Origin: Rhizaria sp. SCN 62-66
Lineage: Eukaryota
DNA length: 64,000 nucleotides
Direction: 5' to 3'
Assembly (NCBI GenBank): GCA_001724265.1
Contig: MEDY01000034.1
Location: 1 to 64,000, forward strand
In this document: positions 26,101 through 38,100 of the stretch, piece by piece
How positions within the stretch are numbered: position 1 is the stretch's first letter
How the letters are laid out: the number at the start of each line of letters is the position of its first letter
Notes under the pieces: generated by a model
The model's input: the letters and a program-made list of their open reading frames with translations, nothing else
Databases searched by the model: none
What the model was told of the DNA's origin: nothing
Program-made: the position numbers and the translations under genes

Positions 26101-29100
26101 TAGTGAGTTCCAGCGGTAGAGACAGCGTCGTCGGTACTCTGACTCAGGCCTACGGTCAGCGATGTCGAATACGCACTACCGTCTTTCAGAGAGGCACCAT
26201 AGTGACCATTGTTTATCGCAGAGAGCGCGGCCTGTGCACCCTTGCCAGTCGCGGTCACAACGAGCATCGGCGCAGTCGTGAGGGACGCAGCCGCAATGCT
26301 CGACAGTCCCGTGACGCCAGGCGCCGGTTGGTCCTTGTTGTTTTGTGACTCACCGAGAGCAGAGTATGGGATATTCGGGAACAGCAGCGTACTTGCAGCC
26401 TTGGAGCTTGCGTCCGCACCACCAGAGCCGCTAATGGCCTGGCCAAGCTTGCTACCACCACGGGCGTACAGGTTTCCACAAGCCGGGTTCGTGTTGTCCA
26501 TACTGCTACCAATGACAGCGTTGTGGGCAGCCCACGGGTGGCCAACCGACGGCGGGATAAGCATTGCAACCGCGTTAGACGCGAGCCCGTTGCCGTTTGC
26601 ACCAGCCAGAGAGCCAGCGCCCTGCATGCCAGCTGTGAAGTTGGCCGCAGTTGGTGTCGCCGCAGCGAGAGCAGCCGCGTTAGGACCGATAGGAAGACCC
26701 ATCGAGATCAGGTCCGGCACAGGAGCGGCAGCGCCAGCGCCAGGATTCCGCGCCGCGCCAGGTGCCCCACCGGGGATGGTGTTAATAGAGGCAGCAGCAG
26801 CCGTGGCATCATACGCAGTCGACGAATACAACGTCTGCGGCGGGACCATGGGTTTGCTCGCGGCCTGCGTCGAACAGCTAGGCGGGCGTTCGAACGTGCC
26901 TGTGTAAGCAGGGCCGCGCGCATGCATCGCGGTGATGTCGGGCGCGGCGAAGGGCTGGGCGTAGAGCATCGTGTGGCCAAGCCACCACGTCGCCGAGAGG
27001 TAGGAATCTACGTCGAGCTGAACATGGGCGCCAGCTGCTGCGGCGGCCGCGGGTGGGCACGTGGAGCCGTTGGTAGCGCGCGCGCGCAGCTCAGCCTGGG
27101 CGGCAGCAAAGCGTGACTGGAAGAAGGACGCAGTATGAGGAGGCATACCAAGATAGCCCGTTGCCAGAACAGGACCAGACGCAGCCTGGGTCGCAAAAGC
27201 AGCGTTGCCGGTAGCGCCGCCGGAGGGCAAGGAGCTGTCGGAAGAAAGCGTGTTGACTATCGGTGCGGTAGGCCGAGACTGCGCGGTGGAGCCGAAGATC
27301 AAGCTCGTCGCAAGTCCGTTAGCAGTTGATAAGCCCCCCGACGAGGCCAGCGCACTAGCGGAGCTGGATATCGAGGCAGCTGCGTGCATCACGTGCAGGT
27401 TGCGCGAGAGGGAGTTGCACGGCAACGACGCCGCGGTGACCGGAGCCACCAGCGACGCGAAGTCAGTTGGCACATCCGCAGACTCGCTCACGAGGCGGGT
27501 GGTGCCAGCCGCGCTGTTGCCTCCAACCGACGACATTGCGCCAGCTGCAACGTGCGAGGGCGATGCCATGGCGGCAGCAGCAGCAGCGTTGGATGGAGAC
27601 GCAAACGCATTGCCAAGTAAATCGGCGTTAGAAGAACGGAACGAACGATGTGTGCGTGAGGCGTGATCAGCAGCGGCGCTGGGAGAAGTGGCGCTGCTGC
27701 CGGCACCGCCCATCGCGGCGGCAGCGGTGGAGACCGGCGGCGACGCAGCAGTGGGAGGCGGGGTATAGAGCTGGAACGGAATTGAGCTCAGCATCTGTCC
27801 ATCGAGGTAGATCGTGAAGCGACCAGCCTGGTTCGCGGAGCCGCGGGAAGGGCGCACGTATGAAATGGCGACGTGGTGCCATGCCTTAAACGTGAGCGCG
27901 GGGGCATCGACAGTGATGTTCTGCGCCGTGGGTGGGAAGTCGCTGCCGTTTGAAGTGCGGATCTGATCCGGCACAACACCGTCAGCTGATTTAGAACCCA
28001 ACGCGTATGACACCTGATGATAACGCTTCTGATGGGGGCCGTGCTGAGGGCGCTGGAACAGCTCGTGAATCGTGCTGTGCGGAGGCAGAGACTGAGCAGA
28101 TGTGGCAGTGATCTGGATCGCGCTCACGTCAGTGGGGCCTGCGGGAGGAAGCAAGGCGCATTGGAACAGCGTGATGCCACCGACTGCGAAATGGCACAGC
28201 ATGATTGGCATCGGCGTCAGCACATCGCTAAGACCGTCCTCAACGAGCTCCGGAGCGCCCGAATGAGACGGCATCACACTCTCAGCCGCCTCGCGCGCGA
28301 TGCGAGTCACCGAGGGACCCTTCTTGGAGGCAGCAGCGGCGTTCGCGGCCTGGCTGGGCGACAGTGGAGGCTGTCCGGAGGCGAAACCGTTCGCGGAAAC
28401 ATTGCGGCGCTGGATCACCGAGCGCGCGACCTTGGAGGCGACACGGAGGTTAACCCAGGTGGTGAACGTGAAGCCAGCCGTGTTAGGGTCGCCGGCAGGC
28501 CAGATCAGCAGAGGCACGTGCACGCTCGCACTGCCGCTGGCGCGCGTCTGCATCTCGATGTAATGCGCAGACTCGGATCCAGCGTGAGAGCGGATCGTGG
28601 ACCGCAGCATGAGCGGGTGCAGTAGCTTGCGCGGCAGCAAGGCAGCAAGCAGTGTGAGGTCAGACGGCAGCGTACGGTGAGCAAGCAGCAACTCGACAAA
28701 GCGCCAAGAGAGCAGGCGCAAAACACTGCGCGGATGCAGACGCGCGTAGCTACTACTGGCATACATCATCGTATCCGGGAGCGCAGACGGGTACTTGCTG
28801 AGGTCACGCGGTGGAGCGGCGCGGTTGCGCTGCTGCGCGGGCGTGTAGAAGAACGACGACGACGGGTCACCGGGTGCGGTGCCAGCATCGTATCCAGCGG
28901 TGTCGGCAGCGGAGCCGGCGTGCTCTGACGACTCGATACGCGACATGAACGACGTGTTCTTGAGCACATACGCAAAGTGCACAAGCACGTGACGCAGCAC
29001 ACCGCGCTGCGAGAGCGCGTCAATGTTGGCATTCGAGTGCGTCATACGCGACATCTCCAACAACTCAATCAGACTTAGGAGCACGGAGACCTGCAGCGAA

Positions 29101-32100
29101 GGCGGGCAATAGTGCCAGACGTGCAGCAGCATAAACAAAGCGTCGGGGTTCAGCACCACAGGAGCGGCGCACGATGACAACGCCTTGACGCGCTGCGTCT
29201 GCGCACGCTTCACTCGCGCGCGCTCAGCTGCACCGCCCGCAGGAAGCGGGAAGCGCACGAACGGCGTCTGTTCCGGCGTGACGACGTCGGCATTGATGAC
29301 CGGCGGCCACAGCAGCTGCCAGTCAAGCCGCGAGGAGCCATCGACGAAGCGCAGAGCTTCGTCGTTCTCCTTCGCATCCTCCACAGCGACCGCAGACGCA
29401 TGCGCAGCAGCCACCGAACCAGCGCGGTGCAGGCGAGCATTGCCGGTGAGCGCAAGGTCAGGCTGGACCGAGGGCGCGGAAGAAGTGCGGCGGGCACGGA
29501 CACCGGTCGAGGTGACATCAGCGGCAACGTCGTTGGCGCCACCAAGACGGACCGCGGAAGCCTTCAGCGTCGACCGCAGCAGGCGGTATGAGTTCTTGAT
29601 GTCTGTAGTGTCAACGGCCTCGGTGTCCACGTTAAAGGCCAAGTTCTCAGCTTCAGAAGCCGCAGTAGAGAGCCTGGCAGAAGATGGCATACGCACCGTT
29701 TCGACGGAGAGATCGAGCAGCCACTGAATCGCGGCGGGCGCAAACGCGGTCGCAAAAACACCAGTCCGCGCGAGAGCCTTGGCCCACAGTGCCCACGAGT
29801 TTCCGCGCAGACCCCACAGGTCGGTGCGCGCACTAGGGTTACCGCGCGTCGCAAGAAGGATGGTATAGAGCAAACGCGAAAGGAAGATCCAGCAGCGCGC
29901 GTTGTGTGTGAGAGGTGCGCGTGGGTTGAAGGTACCAGCGAGATCGTCGAGCAGGGCGAAGAGAGCGGAGAAACCAGCAACCTCGCGCCAGACAGCGCGT
30001 GTGATGACACCAGTGGACGTGGCAGCAGACGGGGGCAGGCCGTCAATAGCGTCGTCGGCCACAGTTGCGGTGGGCTGATCAGGGAGCTTGAATGCAGACG
30101 GGGAAGAGCGCGGCGCATCCTTAGAGACAGCCATGTTGTCGTCCGCGCTGCTGGTGGTGAAGGCGTCGCAGAGACTTGCAGACATGACAGGAAGAGTGAA
30201 AGTCATTGCAGCAACGTTGTCCTCACCCACAGCAGCAGGTGCGAGAAGAGACGCAGTCTTGCCCTCGTCAGCCTCCATCGCCTCGTAGCACTTGCGCGCC
30301 GTCTCATTCCACACGCCATCGCTGACAGTCACCTTGACTGTCGCGGACATGCTGTGCGTGAGCCCCGAGCCGTTCGACGTCGGCGACGCAGCGCTCGTCG
30401 GAAGCGGCAGTGTAGACTTGGCCGGGCTCCAGACAGTGAGCTCACGGATCTCAGCCTGGTCCTTTGCGTGTGTCGCCGCAACGAAGCACGTGAGCGGGAA
30501 CTCGATGGCGTTGTACGAGCGCTCAAGCTGCAAGTCGTCCTTGGGAACAGGGTCGCCGATGACAATGCGCTGCATGCCACGGAGCGTAGACGCGACGGGG
30601 GCGCCCAGACGGTGTGCGAGCTCCTCTGTGGACAGAATCTCAGTGAACGCCTCGCAAAGAACGATAGCCGGGTTTAGCATGCGTGCGAGCGACACGCGAG
30701 TTGGGTCACGACGCGACAGCATGCGGGCCAGTGTGTCAAGAACAGACAGTGCGAGACCAGCGGAAACCGTCTCTTGGCTGAGTAGCGCAAGCAGGTCACC
30801 GACACGCGTCTCGGAGGGCGTGATCGCGAGCAGCGAAAGACAACGGCGACGGTACGTGGTCGCGTGTACAAGCGCAAAGAGCGCGTCGACACCGCAGTTC
30901 TCGGGGGCCTGGAAAAGCTCGTCACCGGAGGGGTGCTCCAAGAGGATGGCAAGTGAGTCAAAGACGAGATCAAGCAACGACGCGTGCAGCAACAGCGGAG
31001 TGGGGTTCACAGCTTCGAACTCGTGATCAGCAGCACCGGTTGCGTTGCCACGGTCAGGCGAGCGCATGTTCGGGTCGTCCGGCACGATCGCAGAGGAAAC
31101 AGCCGGAAGTGCGTCGAGGTCAATCTTAAGACCACGCGGAGGCGAGACTGTCAGCGAATCGATAACAGGGTTGCCAGCGTTCGCTGCATTGGCCGCAGCG
31201 AGGAGAGCGGGCGCGATGGCCATCGGCTTGTCGTCCTCATCGTCCTCCTCAGCATCATCGTTACTCTTGCTGTTCGAACCAGTGCGGTCAGCGACGACAT
31301 TGGCAGCAGGCAGCGACATTAGCCGAGAGGTAGCATTGTTGACGAGGGGCTCAACGTGCGCTGTGAGGCCCGGCACAGGACTACCGAGGTCGCCTGTCAT
31401 CGACTGGCCAAACAACCCGCTGCTAGCGCGCGTAAGGCCCAGCGACGGGCGGCCCGTAATGCCCGGTGATAAGAACGAGCCCGCCGCACGGGCGCGGAAC
31501 GGAGTGCCAGGGATGGAGCCGCGCGGCGTGGGCGAGAACACGGAGCTGCCGAGTGTGCGCGTGGGCAGGGCGCCAGTGCGCTGGGCCGCGTTCGTCGCGG
31601 AGCCCGGAACAACAGGCGACACAAGGCCGCTGTCGTTGAAGCGGTTGTTGCGACCAGGGATCGCGTCGTCGCCGAGGATGTCCGCAAGCGTGACCATCTC
31701 ATCACCACCAGCGTGCGCGCCGTCGTGGATGGGGTGCGCACCAGCGCCTGGGTTGATCGAGCCACGGGGGCCGACGTTCTGGTGTCCGTGAACGGCGAGG
31801 TTGCGGAACAGCCCGGCAGGCGAAGGAATCGTTCTAGCACCAAGCACTCTCGGGGTCGCACCCCTCGGACTCGGGCCAGCGAAGTAGCTGCGGCGCGCGA
31901 ACGGTGGCGCGGCATTGAACGCATCAGGATGATGCGCGGCCGCAGCGGCAGCGGCAGCAGCCTCAGCTCTTGAGGGGAACGTGTCGTCCTCAGCAGCACT
32001 GTCCGCTGTGGGCGTCCCCGTCATCCGCGCGTCAGCAGTGGCACCAGCGGTGGCATCGCCAGCGTGAGCGGGGGAGCTGTTGGTCGCAGTCCAGGGCGAC

Positions 32101-35100
32101 GTCATAAGGGCGTTGCGTGGGGTTGCGCCAAAGCCGCGGTTCTGGTTGTAGCCGCCAAACGCGTTGTTACGCGGGGAGATAGCACTGCTAGTGAGGCGCG
32201 CGAACGCGACCGGCGAAGTGGCCTCAGCGGCGGCAGCAACAGCAGCAGCGGCAGCGGATGCGTTGTTGGCAAGAGTGATCGAGTCGCGGCGGATGCGGTG
32301 GCACGCGGCCGTGAGCGCGCCACGGTCGCAGTTGACGCGAATGCGCATGAGATTGGGCGGGAACCCCTCGTGGGCAAGATACATCATCGAGACAAGCGCA
32401 TCCTCAGAAGAGATGACGTCGCCAGAGATGTCAGCAGACTCTTCAGAAAAGAAGCGACTCCCCTCAGAAGCGCCTGTCAGAGGCCCGTTGCCTGCAGCAG
32501 CGGACTCTGCAGTAGCAGCCGCAGTGCCAGCGGCCACAGCAGCAGCGATTGCATCGTCCTTGTCTCCACCATGAGCGTTCTTCTGGGATGGGAATGTGAG
32601 GTAGCGCACGAGGTCGTGCAAGTGACATGACAGCGTCTGCATGAACATGCCGTCAGCAAGCACAAAACGCAGGTAGTTCGGCCGCTCCACCATCCAGAGC
32701 TTCACCTGCAGCAGAATGGCGTGCAGAATGTCCGGGTGGGCGTATCCCGTCGTCGCAGCGACAGGGTGGTTGCCCGCGAAGGACCCGTCGAAGGGCTCCA
32801 ACTCCCAGTCACGGAGCACGTCCATAGCGTTGTTCATCCACGCACTTGCCGCCGAGGACTGAGACGAAGAAGACGGCGGGGCAGACGCGGTCAGCAACGG
32901 CGAGATATCGTTGCCGTTGTTGGCGTCAGCACGGCTACCGAGGTTGCGTGACGCCTGGTGAGGGGTGTCGCGGTAAATGAACCGGTGCTTCGAGTAGGGC
33001 GCGATACCATACGCCTCAGTGCTCAGCGAGGTCTTCGCCAGCAGCGAGGGGGGCGCAGCGCTGCTGTCTTGGTACTGATACGCTGAGCCCGAAGCAGCGG
33101 CCGCAGCAGCGGCAGCGAACGGACTGTTGTGACCTTGGTCGACCGCCATCAGCGGGGGGCGGTACCGCAGCAGAGACACGAGCGCGCGGATCTCGCGCGT
33201 CGGCACGGTGCTGTACGTCGTGCTGATAAACCGCAGCAGACGAAGGACAAGCGTACAGACGGCAGGCTTGAGCAGGGGCAACAACTCGATGAGGTGGCCA
33301 ATCTGGTTCACGCCCTGCAGGATGCGCAAGTTATCGCGATGTGACGCGAGCAGTGCAAGAAGGCGGGAAACAACTTCGACGCGCATCGACTCAACGTTAC
33401 ACTTTAGAAACGCATACTTGAGCGCCTCAACAGCATCAAGGTTGCAGATACGCTGATCCGGCATACCGCCCATATCGTCGTCATCCTCGTCGTCGCCCTC
33501 GTCGCACTGTGAGTCGCTATTGTACAGCCCAGCGGCCTCGTCCTCGGCGTACACCCAGCGACGCGGCAACGCGTTCGAGGACGTAGCAGCCATATCAACG
33601 CTGTCATCGAAGCCGAACGAGTCGAACGGAAACCCGCGGTCACCCTTGGGGGTCATCGCCGGTGGCAGATTGTCACTGCCGAACCCAGTCACGACGAGCG
33701 CGCCGGGTCCGTTGGCGCCGACAGCAGACGAGCTCGTAGTCATGCTACCAGCACCGCCGGCGGCAGCGGAAGTGACCGTGGGCGCACCGTACGGCATACG
33801 CATGCCCTGAACGTCCGCCATCGACAGCGAGCCGCGGCGCTGGTGCTGCGACCAGTGCGAGCCGCGGCCGGTGCTGCCGAAGGGGTAGCCGTCAGCGCCC
33901 TGCACAATCGAGATGTTGCGGCCAAAGGCGGGGTTGCCGTTATCGTCAACAGCGCCCGACGCGGTGCTACCGTACAGAAGCGCCTCCCGCGCCGCGGACT
34001 CGGCCTCGTGTGGCTTCGGTGCGGCAGAGAGGATCTCGGAGACCTGTCCCGAGCGGCGCATCTCGGCGAGCGAGTTGAGCTGGGGACCGACGAAGATAAG
34101 GTCGAACAGGATGCTTGTCATGTCCTCGATCAAACGCTGCGAGGTCGTCTTACGCTCCGTCGCAGGGGTGAATGCAGGAGAGCCGACCCAGGCAACAAAG
34201 CTGAAGTGACGCTCGTAGGAGAGCGGCAAACCTGAGGGATCAATGGTGACAAGCTGGCCTGCGGCGCGGGCCTCAGCGGACGTCGGCGCGTGCTGCTCGC
34301 TGATCTCAGTCGCCACGGTCTGCGAGCGCTTCATGTGCGGTGCAGAGCGAGGAGTCTGAGTGGGCGACGCGACACTCTCGCGCGGGGTGTCGAAGAACCC
34401 AGCGCGCGCAGCCTCAACGCCGCCTGTAGTGGAGGTAGATGCGGAGATGATACTCGGGGCGACGGCGGCAGCAGGCGGTGTCGCTACAGCCTCAGCCTCC
34501 ATCTCGGCAAGTGCGACAAAGTACGCGTCGCGCGCGAGCATTACGGTGCGCACGATGGAGTCGTACGCGCGCGCTCGGCGGACGTGCTTGAACATCGTTG
34601 TGTCGTGCTCCAGAGAGAGGCGCAGCACGGCAGCAAAGAGCCGGCCCACCGCGTGCAGTGCGGCGAGAGGACGGGCCTCATAAGACAGAAAGTAACCCTG
34701 CGAGTGACCAATGTAACGCGCCATCAAAGGCACGTCAGGCCCGTTGATGAGCGGGAATGCGCACTGGGGCGTCTCAATCAGCTCGTCACCATCGCCATTG
34801 GCGTTGGCACTCGTGAGAAAGGCGACGGGGGCAACGAAGTCACTCATAGGCGACTGGTCCACAGCAAGCGCGTCGGCCCACGCGCTCGCGAGCGCGGACG
34901 CGGAGACAGACACGCGCTCCCAGCCGACCGGGCGCAATGGGTGCATGATGTACGACGAGTTGGCCGGCGAGTCATCGCCGTAGGACTGCGCGGCGGTTGC
35001 GAGATGCATCGGCACAGGGCTCGTCAGAGCGGCCACGAGAGGGTCCGCGCCGTCTTCGCTTAAATCAAGTGCGAATAGAGGCGGGATCACCGAGTAAATA

Positions 35101-38100
35101 GTGTGAAGCATCGACGCTGATGTGGCCGTAACGTGAGCAAGAGACGCGGGCGTGATAGAAGGACGACGGTCGCCGAGGTTTGCACTGCGCCGGCCCGTCG
35201 GCTGCTGCTGTTGTTGCTGTTGAAGCGCGCTTGCATCAGACGGCGCATCATATGCGCCAGACGAGTTGTACATCGACGACGAAGACGATGAGGACGATGA
35301 AGCCGACGCAGACGCTGCCGAAAGCAAGGACAGCTGCGGACCGCCAGCTAAATGCAGTGCCGCGGCGGGGCCGAACAGAGCACCCCAACGCGATCCCACA
35401 ATGACCTTGTGCATAGCAGTGACCGCAGAGGCCCACTCGCGGTCCTGTGCGACCTCCCGATCGCTGGGGCCCTGGTCACCGCGGATGCGCGCGATGGACC
35501 GGTCGGGCGCGCTCGAGTCAGGAGACTCGACGCGGAACCCGTCGATGGCGAACGAGTCATCGCCGCTGCCGCGGTGGCCGCCGGAAGTTGCGACCACAGC
35601 CGTGGCCTCGGTGGGACTTTCGGGGGCCTCCGAGCCCTCGATGAACGAGCTGAGGTCGCCGCTCACGGGGCTCGCGACCGGCGACGCAAGGGCGTTAACC
35701 GAGGCCGCCGCGGCGGAGTCGCCCGTCGAGCGGTGAACAATCGAGTCGTCATCAGAGCGCAGGATCGACGACGCAGAGCGCGTGACGGTTGGGGCGCGGA
35801 ACAGCGCAGCGGGCTCGCTCGCAGGGATGGGACCCTTGGCGGCGGCGATCGCTGCGGCGATGGGCACGGCGTAGCTGCGGGCGGTGTCACGGAGCTGACT
35901 GGCTGAGTCGCCGCGCAGCAGTGCGCCGCCGGCGATTGGGGCAGCCATGAGACTCGCCGCCATTGCGGAAGACTGCGACGACGAGAGGAACAGCGCAGAG
36001 TCGGGCGGAGGTGCGGGGGAGGACGAATTCTCTCTAGCAGCTGACGTGGTTGCGGAGGCGAGAACACCGGCAGCGACTGTAAGACCGATGGGTAAGTAGC
36101 GCGGGTCTAATGGGCTCAGCGGTGCGTCGGGCGCAACGTCAGTACCGTGTGATGCGCCAGTAGAAACACCAACTACAGCGGACGCAAGCGTAGGCTGATG
36201 CTGCTGCGCGTCAACTGCCTTGAGCAGCAGAGAGAGCGCATCGCGGCGCGCAAAGTAACCGCGCACCTTGGCGTTGACAGCGAGCGCAGAGTCCGGCCCC
36301 GTGACAATCGCGGTGAGGACAAGGATCGAGTGCGACATCGCCGAGATGTGCGACTTTGGGAACAGTGCAAACTGGCCTCTGCAGCCATCGCCCGACGCGT
36401 GGTGGGAGACATTGAAAAAGGGCAGCGCGTGGGTGTGCTTGTGATCTGTGAAATAGCGCCGCAGAGCACCGCGGACATCCTCGCACACGTACAGCTTCTC
36501 TCCATCAAACTGACTTGTACCTGTGTTGTTGCTGTTGTAGCTGCTGCTGCTCACGCCGGCGACAGGCGACGCAAACGGGGACGCAGGGCTCTCGTCGTGC
36601 GCGTCGGCGTGCGCGTCGATGTCGGCTTTCTGCAGCGCGACCTGGCGCTCCGGCGACGCGAGCAGCACGGCGAGCTGGGGGTCGAACGCGGCGCCCGTCG
36701 CCGCGACGGCGCGCGAGTGCAGACTCTGCAGCGCGATCGACAACGCACCAGTGCGCGCCCACTCCTGCACCACTGCGGGTGAGCGCGCAGTGAAAAGGAT
36801 GAAGCGCGAGAAGAGCGCGTGGACGTAGTGCAGGCGGCGCAGGAACGGCCAGTTGGCGACGTCGTCCTCGCGCAGCGGCGAGGTGGGCATGTGCGCGAGC
36901 GGGGACACGGCGTCCGAGGCCGAGGCGCCGGGTGGCAGCGGGACGGTTGCGTGGCGCGAGAAGGTCGTGGATGAAGTGGCGCCCTCGGGGGCGTCGGCGC
37001 ACGCCCAGGACCAGGGCAGGCAAACGGAGCCGCCGCGCGTCTCGTCGTTGGCCGCGCTGGAGCTGGAGCTGGAGCTTGAAGACGAGGACGAAATAGCAGT
37101 GACAGTGGCAGAGCTCGTGGAAGACGCCGAAGCGGCGGAATTCGTTGTCGAGGCCAGCGGGGCCGGGTACTTGCTGCCGCCAGTCTCGTCGTTCTCGTCG
37201 GACTCATCGTCGTCCGAGACGGGCTTGAGGAAGATCGCGCTCGACAGCGAGCCGCGGCGCGCGTGCATCGCGGGCGGGCCGTACGTCGGCAGGCCTGTGG
37301 CGCTGCCCGCGCCGGAGGGCACCGCGCCCGCGCTGGAGCCAGAGCCCGTCGCGGCGTCGGTGCCGGCGGTCTTGGCCGTGGCGCGGTAGCGGCGGGAGTG
37401 GAACAGCGTCATGCGCGCGTCCTCGGCGGCGAGCTGCGACGCCGTGGCGGTGTTGATGCCGTGCACAATGTGGTAGCACGTCGACATGAGCGGCGCGCGG
37501 CACAGTGCGAGCGCGTAGATGTCCTTGAGCACCGTCGACTCGGTCGACAGCAGCAGGCAGATGAGCTCAACAACGTGCGACAGCGTGGCGACCGAGCCCG
37601 GAACCATAAACGTCTGCGGGTTGCGCACCGAGGACGGAAGCTGGCTGAGATGGCGCTCTGCCGCGACTGGCGCCAGTGTGCTCGTGTGCAGGCCGGGGGT
37701 CACCGAGGGCAGCGCGACGGCGCTCGCGTGGCAAATGCGCTCGTAGTCAAGCCCGTAGTTGTAAGGGAGCCCGCCATAACCGTTGGAGCGCCAGTTGGGG
37801 CCAGAGCCGGTGGTACAGGGGGCATTCGCAGAAGAGGCCGAGACAGAGTGTGAGGTTGAGCTGGGGCTAGACGAAGCGACGGAGTCGTTGAGAGTTTGTG
37901 AAAACGACACGATATCGGCCCAGCGGTTGGCCAGGGACACCGAGGACGGTCCTGAGAGCAAGGTGTGGTAACGTTGCGAGAGGGCAGCGAGGAACGACTC
38001 GACCGCAGACGTGGAGAGCAGGAGCTCACGGCGGTAGAGACGAATCAACGGCATCTGCGAGAGAATGCGCGCGAGAAGCGGGTGCGCGGCGGCGGGCAAC